Source: a virus
Virus record (IMG/VR): IMGVR_UViG_3300044729_002678
Location: 97,619 to 161,618 of that record
Strand: one strand, 5' to 3'
DNA: 64,000 bases
The translations under genes and the position numbers were made by a program. Of the stretch, positions 10,431-20,624 are shown in pieces; position 1 is the first letter of the stretch, and each line of letters starts with the position of its first letter. Under the pieces are notes generated by a model. That model ran no database searches. It saw nothing but the letters and a program-made list of their open reading frames with translations, and had not been told where the DNA came from.

Positions 10431-11524
10431 TATCTAACTACCTTAAAATAAAAATCATTATCGTAATACTTTTCCAGACCATCAGAATCTATTCTAAAAA
10501 CAAATTTATAATATCTTTCAGGTTGTAATGAATTAAACCAAAAATCAAAATAATTGCTCGTAGAATCACATTCAATCTTTGTATAAGTAGTATCAAATGG
10601 GATAATTTCTAATTCAGTTTCAACATCTATTAATGACCAATAAGAGGATGTTGGTAAATATTTTACGGTAGATAATGCACCACTATTACCAAATGTCCTT
10701 TGTGGATATCTTTCTCTACCATAAACCCGAATCCTATCTTTTGAATCTTGTTTATATTCGGATTTTAATCCCTTTGTATATAAAACAATATTTTCCGAAG
10801 TCAATGCAGAAAGTGAGCCTGTTTGAAATTGAGAATCATTCCATTTAACTTCTAATGTAGGCACCCATATGGTATGTGTTTCGGTTGAAAAGTATTTTGA
10901 TACACCATACTTAATTGATGATGTTTCATCGGTATTAGACCTTTTAATTATAAACCCATTATTTTGTCTACTACCATTTAGAATATCATTTACATATTGA
11001 GTTATTTCTATATTTAAATCCGAAACATTTCTACTGAAAGATTGCGAATAAATAGTCCCATTAACAGAGGATGTAAACCATGTTCCACCACCTGCATTAA
11101 TTGACCAATATGAGCCTGAATTTATTGGTGATTGAACACTCCAACTAACATTTGTGTTTCTATAAACCCAGTTTGAATCATTTTCATTGTGAGGTGTATC
11201 GGGCAAAGAACCGACACCTTCCGACCAACTTTGTGATATTGGGTAAATATACAAATCATATTCAGAAGGTATTTCTCTTTCATCGGATGAAATAAGGTTT
11301 AAATAATATTTTATACTACCAGATATTGTCCCATTATTGATTGATTGTGATATTTGAGATAAGTTAAATTGTATCAATATCCTACTACTACCCAATAGAG
11401 TTGTATCATCGGTATCAAAAAATTTACCTACTTCCAATATTTCATCTTTTCCCACATTTTGTAATTTTCGTGTAGAATCTTCATATATTGTAGTATCTTT
11501 TTGAGGATATATTCTATAAATCAT
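10430..11524 (-). CDS. Virion structural protein
   Basis: Beta-rich 364 aa ORF between baseplate genes. Confidence 0.55.
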   Translation of the reverse strand: MIYRIYPQKDTTIYEDSTRKLQNVGKDEILEVGKFFDTDDTTLLGSSRILIQFNLSQISQSINNGTISGSIKYYLNLISSDEREIPSEYDLYIYPISQSWSEGVGSLPDTPHNENDSNWVYRNTNVSWSVQSPINSGSYWSINAGGGTWFTSSVNGTIYSQSFSRNVSDLNIEITQYVNDILNGSRQNNGFIIKRSNTDETSSIKYGVSKYFSTETHTIWVPTLEVKWNDSQFQTGSLSALTSENIVLYTKGLKSEYKQDSKDRIRVYGRERYPQRTFGNSGALSTVKYLPTSSYWSLIDVETELEIIPFDTTYTKIECDSTSNYFDFWFNSLQPERYYKFVFRIDSDGLEKYYDNDFYFKVVR

Positions 11525-11534
11525 TTATTTCTCC

Positions 11535-13466
11535 CTAAAATAACGGAACTACTTTACCTCTAATATCCAAATCAGGATACTTTACTTCAAAAATTGATGG
11601 GTCTTTTGCTGGATAAATAATACCATTTCGTGTCGCTTTTTTAATATCATAGATATGTGATGAATATACCCCATTGTATTTATTTACTATTTGTAAACCA
11701 CCCACACCATTTAAATCAGGTCTTACCACAGTCTGAACACCATCTACCCTATCTAACAAAACATAGATATCTGATAATAATATCGGTCTATTAATTTGGG
11801 CATCAGGTATACTGAAATACTTTTTTAATTCATTAATACACCTTAATAATACTTCATTAGAATTATAATTTGGTAAAACTACTACTTCAAAATTAATACC
11901 AATATTGATAATGTACACATCTTTAATATTTACAGCATCTGTCAACATTCTATAATAAGAAATATAATTTTTAAGGTTTTGTTTTGTTGCACTATTCAAA
12001 GGTGCTAAGTTTCCGTTTGAATTATATCCACAAGTATATAAATTAATAGCAAGTGGATTTGGTATTTGAAGAGAACCTGCGGATGCAACACCACTTACCA
12101 TTCTATTGTAAGATTTAATTTGATAATCGGGTGCTACATATGCTTTTGCAACAGCTCCGAATTGAGCCGGCATTGCATACGCTCTAACAACATAATCTTC
12201 TGCGGTTACTAATCTGTTTTGGGATGCAAAAAATGCCATAGTGTTATTTCTAACATCTTCAACACTATCTTCTACCTTACCACCACTAGCAGCCTCTTCG
12301 TTTATTACCGCAACCGAATTTTTTATAGTGTTCCATTGTGCCGTATTTGTTGGAGTTGTTTCATTTTCAAACTCTATGTTTATTATTTGAGTTAAATCTT
12401 TTGATATTACATTATCAGCAACCCCCTGACCAACTCTATATGTTACAGTCAATGTTGTATTTGCTGGTGCAACTCCATATGTTTTTGTGTAAAGAAAATT
12501 AGATGGGTCTATTGTTTGTGATAAATCAGTCTTTGCTTTATACAAATTAGAACCAACATTATCTGGATTTGGTAATATTTCTTCATCGGCATTTGATGAT
12601 ACCCCTGCTCCAAATTGCATTGTTATAGAACCATTTTCATCAACCCGTGTAATAAATCTTTTCGGTATTTTTTTTAACCTTAAAAGATATGGGGTTTCGG
12701 AACTGTATTGGTTTAAGTTTAATGTGTAATCTGAATTATTTGGTATTTGCTCAAAAACAGTATCTTGTGCTAAATAATCTACTTTAGTCCAAGTATCACC
12801 ATCACCATCAACGATTTTTATAACATCAATGATTCCAGTATCATCTATTTTAATTTTATCATATGGTTTTGGTGAACCAAATGTAAAATCAGCCGTTTTT
12901 TCTTCCCCACTAATTACACTTACACTTTTTTTGAAAAGATATAAAACAGGCTCATCTGTTGTTTCATTTATTTGATAAACCGATATTTCCGTTGGGTCAA
13001 ATGATGATGAAAAAGCAAAATCTACTTTTCTAGTGGTATTAAAAACAACATTTGCATTTTGTGTAGATGAAACCTGCATACCCTCTTTTATTTTTAGGGC
13101 GTAATCTAAATCAGGTCTAACATTGTTTCCCGTACCAATGGCTGGGATTAATTGATATACTATTAAATTAGTTGTGGCGGGTGAATATAATTTTGGTTTA
13201 TATCCAAGCGATTGAGCTAATTCAAATAAATTCGTAGTTTCTTTGGCCTGTGTAACAATTGATTCTCTCAATTGAACATCGGTGTAGTATGATAAAACAT
13301 CCCCAACATACGATGCCATCTCCATAAACATCATACCAGGAGATGATTCATTAAAATCATTATAGGTATTTGGGTAGTATTGCTTAGCAAAGTCTACGAG
13401 GTTTTTCCTAAACTCGGAAAAATCCCTACCTATTAAGCTAACTTCTTTTTTTGAATCATTTAACAT
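11535..13466 (-). CDS. Baseplate wedge subunit (T4 gp6-like)
   Basis: RDFSEFRKNL...YNDFNESSPGMMFMEMASYVGDVLSYY...QNRLVTAEDY are gp6/baseplate J signatures. Confidence 0.85.
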   Translation of the reverse strand: MLNDSKKEVSLIGRDFSEFRKNLVDFAKQYYPNTYNDFNESSPGMMFMEMASYVGDVLSYYTDVQLRESIVTQAKETTNLFELAQSLGYKPKLYSPATTNLIVYQLIPAIGTGNNVRPDLDYALKIKEGMQVSSTQNANVVFNTTRKVDFAFSSSFDPTEISVYQINETTDEPVLYLFKKSVSVISGEEKTADFTFGSPKPYDKIKIDDTGIIDVIKIVDGDGDTWTKVDYLAQDTVFEQIPNNSDYTLNLNQYSSETPYLLRLKKIPKRFITRVDENGSITMQFGAGVSSNADEEILPNPDNVGSNLYKAKTDLSQTIDPSNFLYTKTYGVAPANTTLTVTYRVGQGVADNVISKDLTQIINIEFENETTPTNTAQWNTIKNSVAVINEEAASGGKVEDSVEDVRNNTMAFFASQNRLVTAEDYVVRAYAMPAQFGAVAKAYVAPDYQIKSYNRMVSGVASAGSLQIPNPLAINLYTCGYNSNGNLAPLNSATKQNLKNYISYYRMLTDAVNIKDVYIINIGINFEVVVLPNYNSNEVLLRCINELKKYFSIPDAQINRPILLSDIYVLLDRVDGVQTVVRPDLNGVGGLQIVNKYNGVYSSHIYDIKKATRNGIIYPAKDPSIFEVKYPDLDIRGKVVPLF

Positions 13467-13475
13467 TTAATACTC

Positions 13476-13910
13476 CTACGCTATTGATAATTCACCTTGA
13501 CTATCAACTTCTAAAATTATTGTTTGGTTAGAACCTTGTTCAGTTACTTTGAATGAAACTTTTATACTTACTTTATTAAAATCCGGTTCAGAATTAACTT
13601 CTACCTTTTGTAATAAAATGTAAGGTAGCCAAAAATTAATATCCTCCGATAAAGATTCTTCTAAATTGGAATCTAATTCACTATCCATATTTTCAAAAAG
13701 AAGTGAATATATATCCGAACCAAAAAGTGGTTGGAATACTCTCTCACCTTTTCTGGTTAGTAAAAGATTTTTCAAATTGGAAACTGCTTGCTCTTCAGTC
13801 GTATAACTAAGTTTAAATATAGGACTGCCACCCAATGGTAGCATTACACCAACTGCTTTATTTGGTTTTAAATCAATCGGATTATACCTATATTCTATTC
13901 TGTTAGCCAC
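13476..13910 (-). CDS. Baseplate wedge protein gp25-like
   Basis: NLKNLLLTRKGERVFQPLFGSDI signature. Confidence 0.88.
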   Translation of the reverse strand: MANRIEYRYNPIDLKPNKAVGVMLPLGGSPIFKLSYTTEEQAVSNLKNLLLTRKGERVFQPLFGSDIYSLLFENMDSELDSNLEESLSEDINFWLPYILLQKVEVNSEPDFNKVSIKVSFKVTEQGSNQTIILEVDSQGELSIA

Positions 13911-13913
13911 TTA

Positions 13914-14411
13914 TCATCCTCTTTTTTTATTGTTTATAGCCTGCATCAGTTGAGAATAATCTTTGGTTAAAGCATTTACAACCGCCTCACCATGTGGTGT
14001 TTGTGATAATCTATCCATTGATATCGCATTACCATCAACATCTTGTACTACACTATTTGCAGTATTCATAGTATTGTTCATAGAACCAAATCCCTGTGCC
14101 ATATCCGATGTAAACGAATGACCACCATTAATATCTCTCCACTCACCACTTTGATAAGTTTCATTCAATACAGATGATAATACAGAATTACCCCCAAATA
14201 ATTTATTTTGTTTTGGTTTTTGTTTTGTTTCAAAGAGGTGTTCAACATCCAAAGGGTCTTTTTCTACAAAAGATGTTTTTGTAATATGAGTTCCCCTTTT
14301 CAATTCTTTTAAGATAGATTCTTTCAACTGCTTTCTTTCTAAAGCAAGTTGTTTTTTAACTTCACTTTCAATAATGAGTTTTATTGCCTGAATTAATTTT
14401 GCTGTGTTCAT
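13914..14411 (-). CDS. Hypothetical protein
   Basis: 165 aa ORF in the operon; no recognised motif. Confidence 0.55.
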   Translation of the reverse strand: MNTAKLIQAIKLIIESEVKKQLALERKQLKESILKELKRGTHITKTSFVEKDPLDVEHLFETKQKPKQNKLFGGNSVLSSVLNETYQSGEWRDINGGHSFTSDMAQGFGSMNNTMNTANSVVQDVDGNAISMDRLSQTPHGEAVVNALTKDYSQLMQAINNKKRG

Positions 14412-14442
14412 AATAATAAATATAATTTTTTATAATAATTAG

Positions 14443-15387
14443 TTATCCTATACCTTGTTTAAGTTTTAGTAATATACTAGCAATTTGTGGATGAGCGGTT
14501 GTTGCATTTCCTACTACTGGGAAAGTTCCCCTAGCTAATGTTTCTATCGCTGATATAATTAAATTAATTGTAGTGGTGTATTCCGATGTAGATATTGCTA
14601 TATCTTTTTTTGACGATATAATTATATTATCTTTTTTACTATTAAAAATTAATCTATCGGAATTTATTATAACTTGCGGATTTGAAAATTGAGATATATT
14701 AGAAACTGATGTTCTATTTGATGGTGTAATCCCAACTTTTTGATTAGAAGTCATCCAAATAGATGAATCATCTTTATTTATATCCTCCAAAACAAATTTA
14801 TCGTAACCCTTTTTATTACTTTCGTTTTGAGTATTCCTTAAAATTGTTATTGGTTTATTTGGATTTGAAGATTGCCATGTTGGTAATCTTTGTGCATCAC
14901 TTTCATTTGGTGTGTATCCAAAACGAATGGATTGACCAAATCTACCTTCAAATATAGTATCACCTATGTAGGGTTGTAATTGTGATAAATTACTAATTTC
15001 AGAAAACCCTTTACCAAAATTTTGATTATTATCTTCTACCGAAGAATTGTTTGGTATTGTTTGGGATGTATATGTAGTAGCATTAAAAGATTGTGCAGTA
15101 TTTACAATAGATTTTGGTAATGGGTTATTATTTATAGCTCTTTGTAAAAAAGTTGGCGACATATAATAATAGTCATATCCACCAGAAAGAGGGCCCGATG
15201 TTGCCCCCATACCATTTATTAAATAAACTTGTTCTCCAATAATTGGAACTGATTTGATATAAGGATTTAATGGATATGCAAATTCAGTTGAGGCGTTACC
15301 AAAAGACCTTTTAATAGAAACCCTTATTTTGTAAATATCATTTGGATTTCCATCTTTCAAAAAAACTTCAGTTACTTCACCAAGCAT
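14443..15387 (-). CDS. Baseplate hub/spike protein (gp5-like)
   Basis: OB-fold-like N-terminus (PIIGEQV), GDTIFEGRFGQSIRF and beta-repeat QVIINSDRLIFNSK; baseplate context. Confidence 0.55.
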   Translation of the reverse strand: MLGEVTEVFLKDGNPNDIYKIRVSIKRSFGNASTEFAYPLNPYIKSVPIIGEQVYLINGMGATSGPLSGGYDYYYMSPTFLQRAINNNPLPKSIVNTAQSFNATTYTSQTIPNNSSVEDNNQNFGKGFSEISNLSQLQPYIGDTIFEGRFGQSIRFGYTPNESDAQRLPTWQSSNPNKPITILRNTQNESNKKGYDKFVLEDINKDDSSIWMTSNQKVGITPSNRTSVSNISQFSNPQVIINSDRLIFNSKKDNIIISSKKDIAISTSEYTTTINLIISAIETLARGTFPVVGNATTAHPQIASILLKLKQGIG

Positions 15388-15746
15388 TATTCATCCTCAT
15401 CCTTTTTCAGAGATTCTATTTTAGAATCAATATCATCTTTTGCTTCCAATAACTGGCGCTTTTCTTCTTCAGATAATAAGAGTCCACCATCACCATCTGC
15501 TTTATCTAAAAGTTTTTGAGCTATTGCAGCCATTCTAACCAATTGGTCATCGTTCTTTACCGAAACTTCTAAATATTCTTTAATAAGTGGAACAACAACT
15601 GAAGCATCATTTAGGTTTTTAACCAATGGTTCTAACTGAGCAATCAGTAATTTAATCTGTCTATCTTTTTTACGGGAATTATCGTAAATATCTTTTAATA
15701 AAGATGAAAACGATGTTCCTTTAAATATATCATCATCCTTTGTCAT
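15387..15746 (-). CDS. Hypothetical coiled-coil protein
   Basis: ORF overlapping its neighbours. Confidence 0.5.
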   Translation of the reverse strand: MTKDDDIFKGTSFSSLLKDIYDNSRKKDRQIKLLIAQLEPLVKNLNDASVVVPLIKEYLEVSVKNDDQLVRMAAIAQKLLDKADGDGGLLLSEEEKRQLLEAKDDIDSKIESLKKDEDE

Positions 15747-16464
15747 AATACCTTTCTACATTGTGATTTAATTTAAGAATACCCTTTTTTGAATAATCCG
15801 TATTTAATTCCACAAAAATTATTTTCATTTTACCTATAACCCTTGTAATATATTGCGTACTTACTCCTGTCCTATCTCTTATAAGTATGTAAAGAGCCTT
15901 TTTGTTGTATGAGTATAAATCTCTTCTATTTCTAAATAACTCATTTACCGAATCAGCTATCTTTCTATCTCTATCCTTTATAAAGATTTTATCTAAATTA
16001 CAATCAATATATTCGGTATAAAAATCCATAAAATCTGATTTTTCTTCCAATAACTCATACCCAGCCACCTCATTGGGAACATTTCTTCCAATATCAACAG
16101 AATCCAATTTTTCATGTATTTTCATCTTTGAATAATTGGCGTTGTTTTCATTAAATAAAAAATTACGCGCTATGACTGTAAAGTAAGAAAATGCTTTTCC
16201 TTTTTCACCTTTAAACTTATGCATTTTTTCATTTAAAAACGCAACTACAGATGCTTTGGTATCTTCATACCCATCATCAAAATAATAAGTTTTATAGGTG
16301 TGTATTACATTCTCTGCCAATTTATCAAATGGGTATTCTATAAATCTGTTATAGATTTTATTTTTTAAACTTTGATTATCACAATTATTAAAAGCGTTTA
16401 TTGCAATTTCAGTTATATTTGTAAAATATCTTTTACTTTGCGGATTCTTCCGTTTTCTCGCCAT
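15733..16464 (-). CDS. Phage late sigma factor (T4 gp55-like)
   Basis: Region-2-like KFKGEKGKAFSYFTVIARNFL; directly upstream of the structural genes. Confidence 0.65.
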   Translation of the reverse strand: MARKRKNPQSKRYFTNITEIAINAFNNCDNQSLKNKIYNRFIEYPFDKLAENVIHTYKTYYFDDGYEDTKASVVAFLNEKMHKFKGEKGKAFSYFTVIARNFLFNENNANYSKMKIHEKLDSVDIGRNVPNEVAGYELLEEKSDFMDFYTEYIDCNLDKIFIKDRDRKIADSVNELFRNRRDLYSYNKKALYILIRDRTGVSTQYITRVIGKMKIIFVELNTDYSKKGILKLNHNVERYYDKG

Positions 16465-16744
16465 AATACATATCCAATTCTTCTATTATACTATACATTT
16501 CTCTAAATACATAACCCGTCTCATCATTTGCTTCAAACGAACCAATTTTATCTATTGATTTCATTCGTTCCATAGCATTCTGAATCTTCTCATCCATAAA
16601 TTGGATTACCTTTTGTGATTCATCGTATTGCTTTTCCATCTCATCAAAATTATCATCTGCCGTTTCTAATTTCCTTAAAAGATTCCAAACAAAAAACCCT
16701 AACCCAATATCGGTTAAAAGTAATAAAATTAAAATTGTAACCAT
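16433..16744 (-). CDS. Membrane-anchored coiled-coil protein
   Basis: Hydrophobic N-terminus. Confidence 0.5.
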   Translation of the reverse strand: MVTILILLLLTDIGLGFFVWNLLRKLETADDNFDEMEKQYDESQKVIQFMDEKIQNAMERMKSIDKIGSFEANDETGYVFREMYSIIEELDMYYGEKTEESAK

Positions 16745-16748
16745 ACTA

Positions 16749-17549
16749 TCAATCCTCCATTATATCTTTAAATGCGTCAAACACCAAATCTACTTTTGGT
16801 TTATCCTCTTCAGATTTACCATTCATTATTTTTTCAAATTTGGATAAATTTTTACCTGGTGTTTGAATAGTACCTCTAGTTCCTTTTAGTTTTTTACCAT
16901 CATTAACCCACCTATTATATTCATATTTTGAAGCCATAAAATCGGCCTGATGTAGAATATGGGGTAAAAATGTTTTTAATTGATTTTCAGGATTAAAACT
17001 TTTATAATAACTTTCAGTTGAAGAGTCATACAAACCATCAGTCAATCTAATAGCAAGATATTCTTCCTCACTACAACTTACTCCAAAGTGATTTAACAAA
17101 AAGAATGTTCTATCGTGAATTTCCATCCAATGTAAATTTGGGTTTGATTTATAAATCTTTCCCTGATTTTTTACATGCCACTCAGAATCATTTTTTTTAT
17201 ACCAATCATCATTAACCGAACCAACCTTACCCAAATCGTGATGAAGGGCTGAAAATATAATTGATTCTCTTGTAATATCCTCAGTAACCATATCCAACTC
17301 TTTCCATAAATCAAACACTTTTAATGCGTTTCTCGTTACTCTTAAAATATGGTCAATATAACCACCAGGAAAAGCATTGTGAAAATGCTCAAATGATGAA
17401 GCAGGTGTATAGATAATCCTTTCTTCTAAATGGTCATACATTTTGTTTAGGGCATCCAATCGGTCACCACTAAACTCCTGATTAATAAGTTTTCTAAACT
17501 TTTTGTAATTTTCCAGCAATTCGTCTGGAGTAAAAAAATCAAAATACAT
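16749..17549 (-). CDS. HD-domain phosphohydrolase
   Basis: HNAFPGGYIDH...ALHHDLGK...LHQAD. Confidence 0.85.
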   Translation of the reverse strand: MYFDFFTPDELLENYKKFRKLINQEFSGDRLDALNKMYDHLEERIIYTPASSFEHFHNAFPGGYIDHILRVTRNALKVFDLWKELDMVTEDITRESIIFSALHHDLGKVGSVNDDWYKKNDSEWHVKNQGKIYKSNPNLHWMEIHDRTFFLLNHFGVSCSEEEYLAIRLTDGLYDSSTESYYKSFNPENQLKTFLPHILHQADFMASKYEYNRWVNDGKKLKGTRGTIQTPGKNLSKFEKIMNGKSEEDKPKVDLVFDAFKDIMED

Positions 17550-17551
17550 AA

Positions 17552-18178
17552 TTAAATAATTTTATCAATGATACCCAATTCTAATGCTTCTTTGGATGAT
17601 AGGAACAGGTCCGATTGTTGGTTTGATGTCCACCACTCTTTTGGTTTTTTTGTAAATTCTGCCATTAAAGAATTACATTCATCCTCTAATTGGTCTGCAA
17701 ACTTTGCGTTAGATTTTACATCACTCAATTTACCTGCTGCGAAAGTAGATAATTGGTGAACCATAATTTTTGAGTGCTTTGATGCAACTCTAACCCCTGT
17801 ACCAGATGCCAATAAGAGAGCAGCGGCTGACATTGCAATACCTCTACACACAATATTAAATTTAATTTCAGTATGGGTTCTAATATAATCAATAATACCC
17901 AAACATTCCATTACATCACCTCCACCGGAGTTAAGTAGTATTGTAATCACATCCGTATTAGGGTTTATTTTTTTAAGTAAACGTGTTTTAGCAATAAATT
18001 CTGCTAACAACCCAATTTGAATTTCATCGTTGATTACAATAATATTATCACTAATATCAATACCATAATCAAACTCCCTAAAATATTGTTTATAAGGGTC
18101 ATCTTCACTATTCTCTTTCGTGTTGATATAATTTACATTTTTTACTGTTTGGTCGCTGACCGAATATAGTTCATCCAT
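17552..18178 (-). CDS. clpP: ClpP-like protease subunit
   Basis: LNSGGGDV, GIAMSAAA (catalytic Ser), IMVHQ (His), EALELGIID. Confidence 0.85.
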   Translation of the reverse strand: MDELYSVSDQTVKNVNYINTKENSEDDPYKQYFREFDYGIDISDNIIVINDEIQIGLLAEFIAKTRLLKKINPNTDVITILLNSGGGDVMECLGIIDYIRTHTEIKFNIVCRGIAMSAAALLLASGTGVRVASKHSKIMVHQLSTFAAGKLSDVKSNAKFADQLEDECNSLMAEFTKKPKEWWTSNQQSDLFLSSKEALELGIIDKII

Positions 18179-18239
18179 TTTTATTTAATTTAGTTTAAAT
18201 TTATTACAATATACGAAAAAAATGATAATATTCCAAATT

Positions 18240-19259
18240 TTATCGCTTATATCTATCTGCTCCAGTTACTTTATATGAGTGTAATGGTGGTGTTGGGTTG
18301 GGGTTGGCATTTTCATTGTATAGATTAACACCTTCCTCAGTTGTTGGTTCAAATACCACATCCGGCTTTTCTTCAATCGGAGTTTTAATTTTAGATTCAA
18401 TCTCTCCTACAACATCTTCTTTTTTTTCAATAAATTTTAAATCTTCATCGTTTTCTGAAATAGTTTTTTGGATATTTTCTTTTAATTCTTTTACAAGTTT
18501 ATTTAAAGCAATAACCATTGCGATTGCAAGTGGGTCGAATACCAATACAATTAATAAGGTAAACCAATTTACAATTTTATCCATACCCCACCCAGTTAAT
18601 TTATCCAAATATCGTAAAGGACCAATTTCAGCCGCAACATCATTATTAGATTCCTTATCCAAAATAACTAAATCCAACGATGTCAACGAATCATTCATCG
18701 CTTCTATTTTTATGGTTAATTCATCCCTCTGCTTAATAGCAGTTTTTAATTCAGAACTCAACACCTTTCGTTGTGAAACCGCACCTCGTTCGGTTAATGA
18801 GTTATTACTTGCCAACCCACCCCTAAGTGATGATATGGATGTTTCCAATATTCTTTTTTCTTGATTGTAATCCGTAAGCTGCTCTTTAAACCTCGTTCTT
18901 TTAATATCTACCACACCAACTTCTTTGTTTAAGATATTAAACTTATCGCTTGTAGTTTGATACGCTGATGTTAAAAAACCATATATACCCAATGATGTAA
19001 TCATCATAAGAACCACAACCGCTGATGTTAAATACCATTTTAACCAACCAATAGTTTTCCAATAATTGTGGAGATAGGATGCTAATATCAATTTAGCAAA
19101 TTCCAAAGAACCCGCCATAATAATTACTTCGGTTCTAGCTCCAGCAAACAAAGAACTTAATCCAAAAACAGAATAGTATGCAGCAGAACCTGCGAGACTG
19201 AATGTTGATAAAATCATTAAAGTTATGAAACCATTTTTTCTCGTAAAAAATTTTTTCAT
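18240..19259 (-). CDS. Multi-TM membrane protein with coiled coil
   Basis: Three N-terminal hydrophobic helices, a coiled coil, and a C-terminal TM segment (LIVLVFDPLAI). Confidence 0.6.
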   Translation of the reverse strand: MKKFFTRKNGFITLMILSTFSLAGSAAYYSVFGLSSLFAGARTEVIIMAGSLEFAKLILASYLHNYWKTIGWLKWYLTSAVVVLMMITSLGIYGFLTSAYQTTSDKFNILNKEVGVVDIKRTRFKEQLTDYNQEKRILETSISSLRGGLASNNSLTERGAVSQRKVLSSELKTAIKQRDELTIKIEAMNDSLTSLDLVILDKESNNDVAAEIGPLRYLDKLTGWGMDKIVNWFTLLIVLVFDPLAIAMVIALNKLVKELKENIQKTISENDEDLKFIEKKEDVVGEIESKIKTPIEEKPDVVFEPTTEEGVNLYNENANPNPTPPLHSYKVTGADRYKR

Positions 19260-19402
19260 ATTTTTTCCATTTTTTTAACTTTACTAACTTTCCCAGTTGT
19301 ATTTATTATCAAAACCTTTTTTGTTAAAATAGTTACTTGTAAAAATAAGTAACTTGTTAATATAAAATAAATATAAAAAAAATGATAATAAGTTCAAACG
19401 GG

Positions 19403-20296
19403 TTAATTATGCCCATACTTATTCAAATAAGTAAGAACTGCTAATTCTTTCATTTTTGCTTCAACTTCAATATCCAAATCATATCCATAAGTATTAATCT
19501 TATCAAAAATATAATCGGAATGGGCTTGTGGCATTTTACCAATAGCAGATTCTGAATAATGAACTACGGGTTTAATACCTTTCGGCCAAGTTGACATAGC
19601 CATTTCCAAAGCTTCTCTTTCTGATAAATCACCTGTACAAAATTTGTGGTGGTGATAATCAAATACAATAGGAATACCAATTTGTTTGTGTATATACATC
19701 AGGTCTTTTACTGAATACATACTTGCTTTATCATCATTTTCTACCGTCAGCCTGGTTTTAACCGAGTCAGGTAACCTATCAAAGTTTCGGCAGAACCTAT
19801 CCATCGCTGAAACCTTATCCCCATAGACACCATTACAATGGATATTGATTACATTATAGGGGGTTCTACTCAACCCCATAAGGTCAAACACCTCCCCATG
19901 CAGCGAAAGGTCTGTTATGCTGTTTAGAACCACCTTTTCGTTGGGTGAAACAAGCACATTAAAGGGGCCAGGATGAGATGTAATTCGTTGCCCATAGTTG
20001 GATACCAATACCCCAATACCCTTCAAGAGATTGGATATAGGAGCAAAATGCGGCATGGATGATAGTTGGTATTCAGATGACCAGGGGAATAGGTTAGAAG
20101 TGATTCTAAAGAGTTTTATACCCTGTTGTTCATTCCAATTAATGATTTCTACCAAGTCTCTGGTGTTTTGTAACCCCAATTCAGAAGCCCTATCAATACC
20201 CTCTTTTAAGAAGGTCTTTTTAATCATACTCCTATTTGTGGTAATCTTTTTCTTGCCCAATGTCATATTGATGCAAGCATATCCTAAATTTGACAT
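19403..20296 (-). CDS. uvsE: UV damage endonuclease UvsE/UVDE
   Basis: LGYACIN, LFRITS, HPGPF, LTVENDDK, FDYHHH, HYSES, AHSDY, EVEAKMKE. Confidence 0.93.
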   Translation of the reverse strand: MSNLGYACINMTLGKKKITTNRSMIKKTFLKEGIDRASELGLQNTRDLVEIINWNEQQGIKLFRITSNLFPWSSEYQLSSMPHFAPISNLLKGIGVLVSNYGQRITSHPGPFNVLVSPNEKVVLNSITDLSLHGEVFDLMGLSRTPYNVINIHCNGVYGDKVSAMDRFCRNFDRLPDSVKTRLTVENDDKASMYSVKDLMYIHKQIGIPIVFDYHHHKFCTGDLSEREALEMAMSTWPKGIKPVVHYSESAIGKMPQAHSDYIFDKINTYGYDLDIEVEAKMKELAVLTYLNKYGHN

Positions 20297-20624
20297 AATA
20301 AGTTTTTATTTTTTGCGTGGTAGTTTTACATATATCCACAGCAATATAGGTGAAAATATAATAAGTAAAAGGAGTGATTGGAGTCGTTGTTTAACCCCTA
20401 ACTTCATCAGTAACTCCGTTATTAAATTCTAATAGAATTAGTTCTGCCGTTTCAGCATCAACCCACCCGGCCATCTCCGTCAAATCACCTACCCAATATT
20501 TACCATACTTTTGTGGTAAATCACATATACCTAAAAATGTTTTCATAATTTTTAATTTTTATTTTGTAATCAAAGATAATCATAAAATCCCAAAGTTCCA
20601 AATTATTTTGGGATAAATATATTT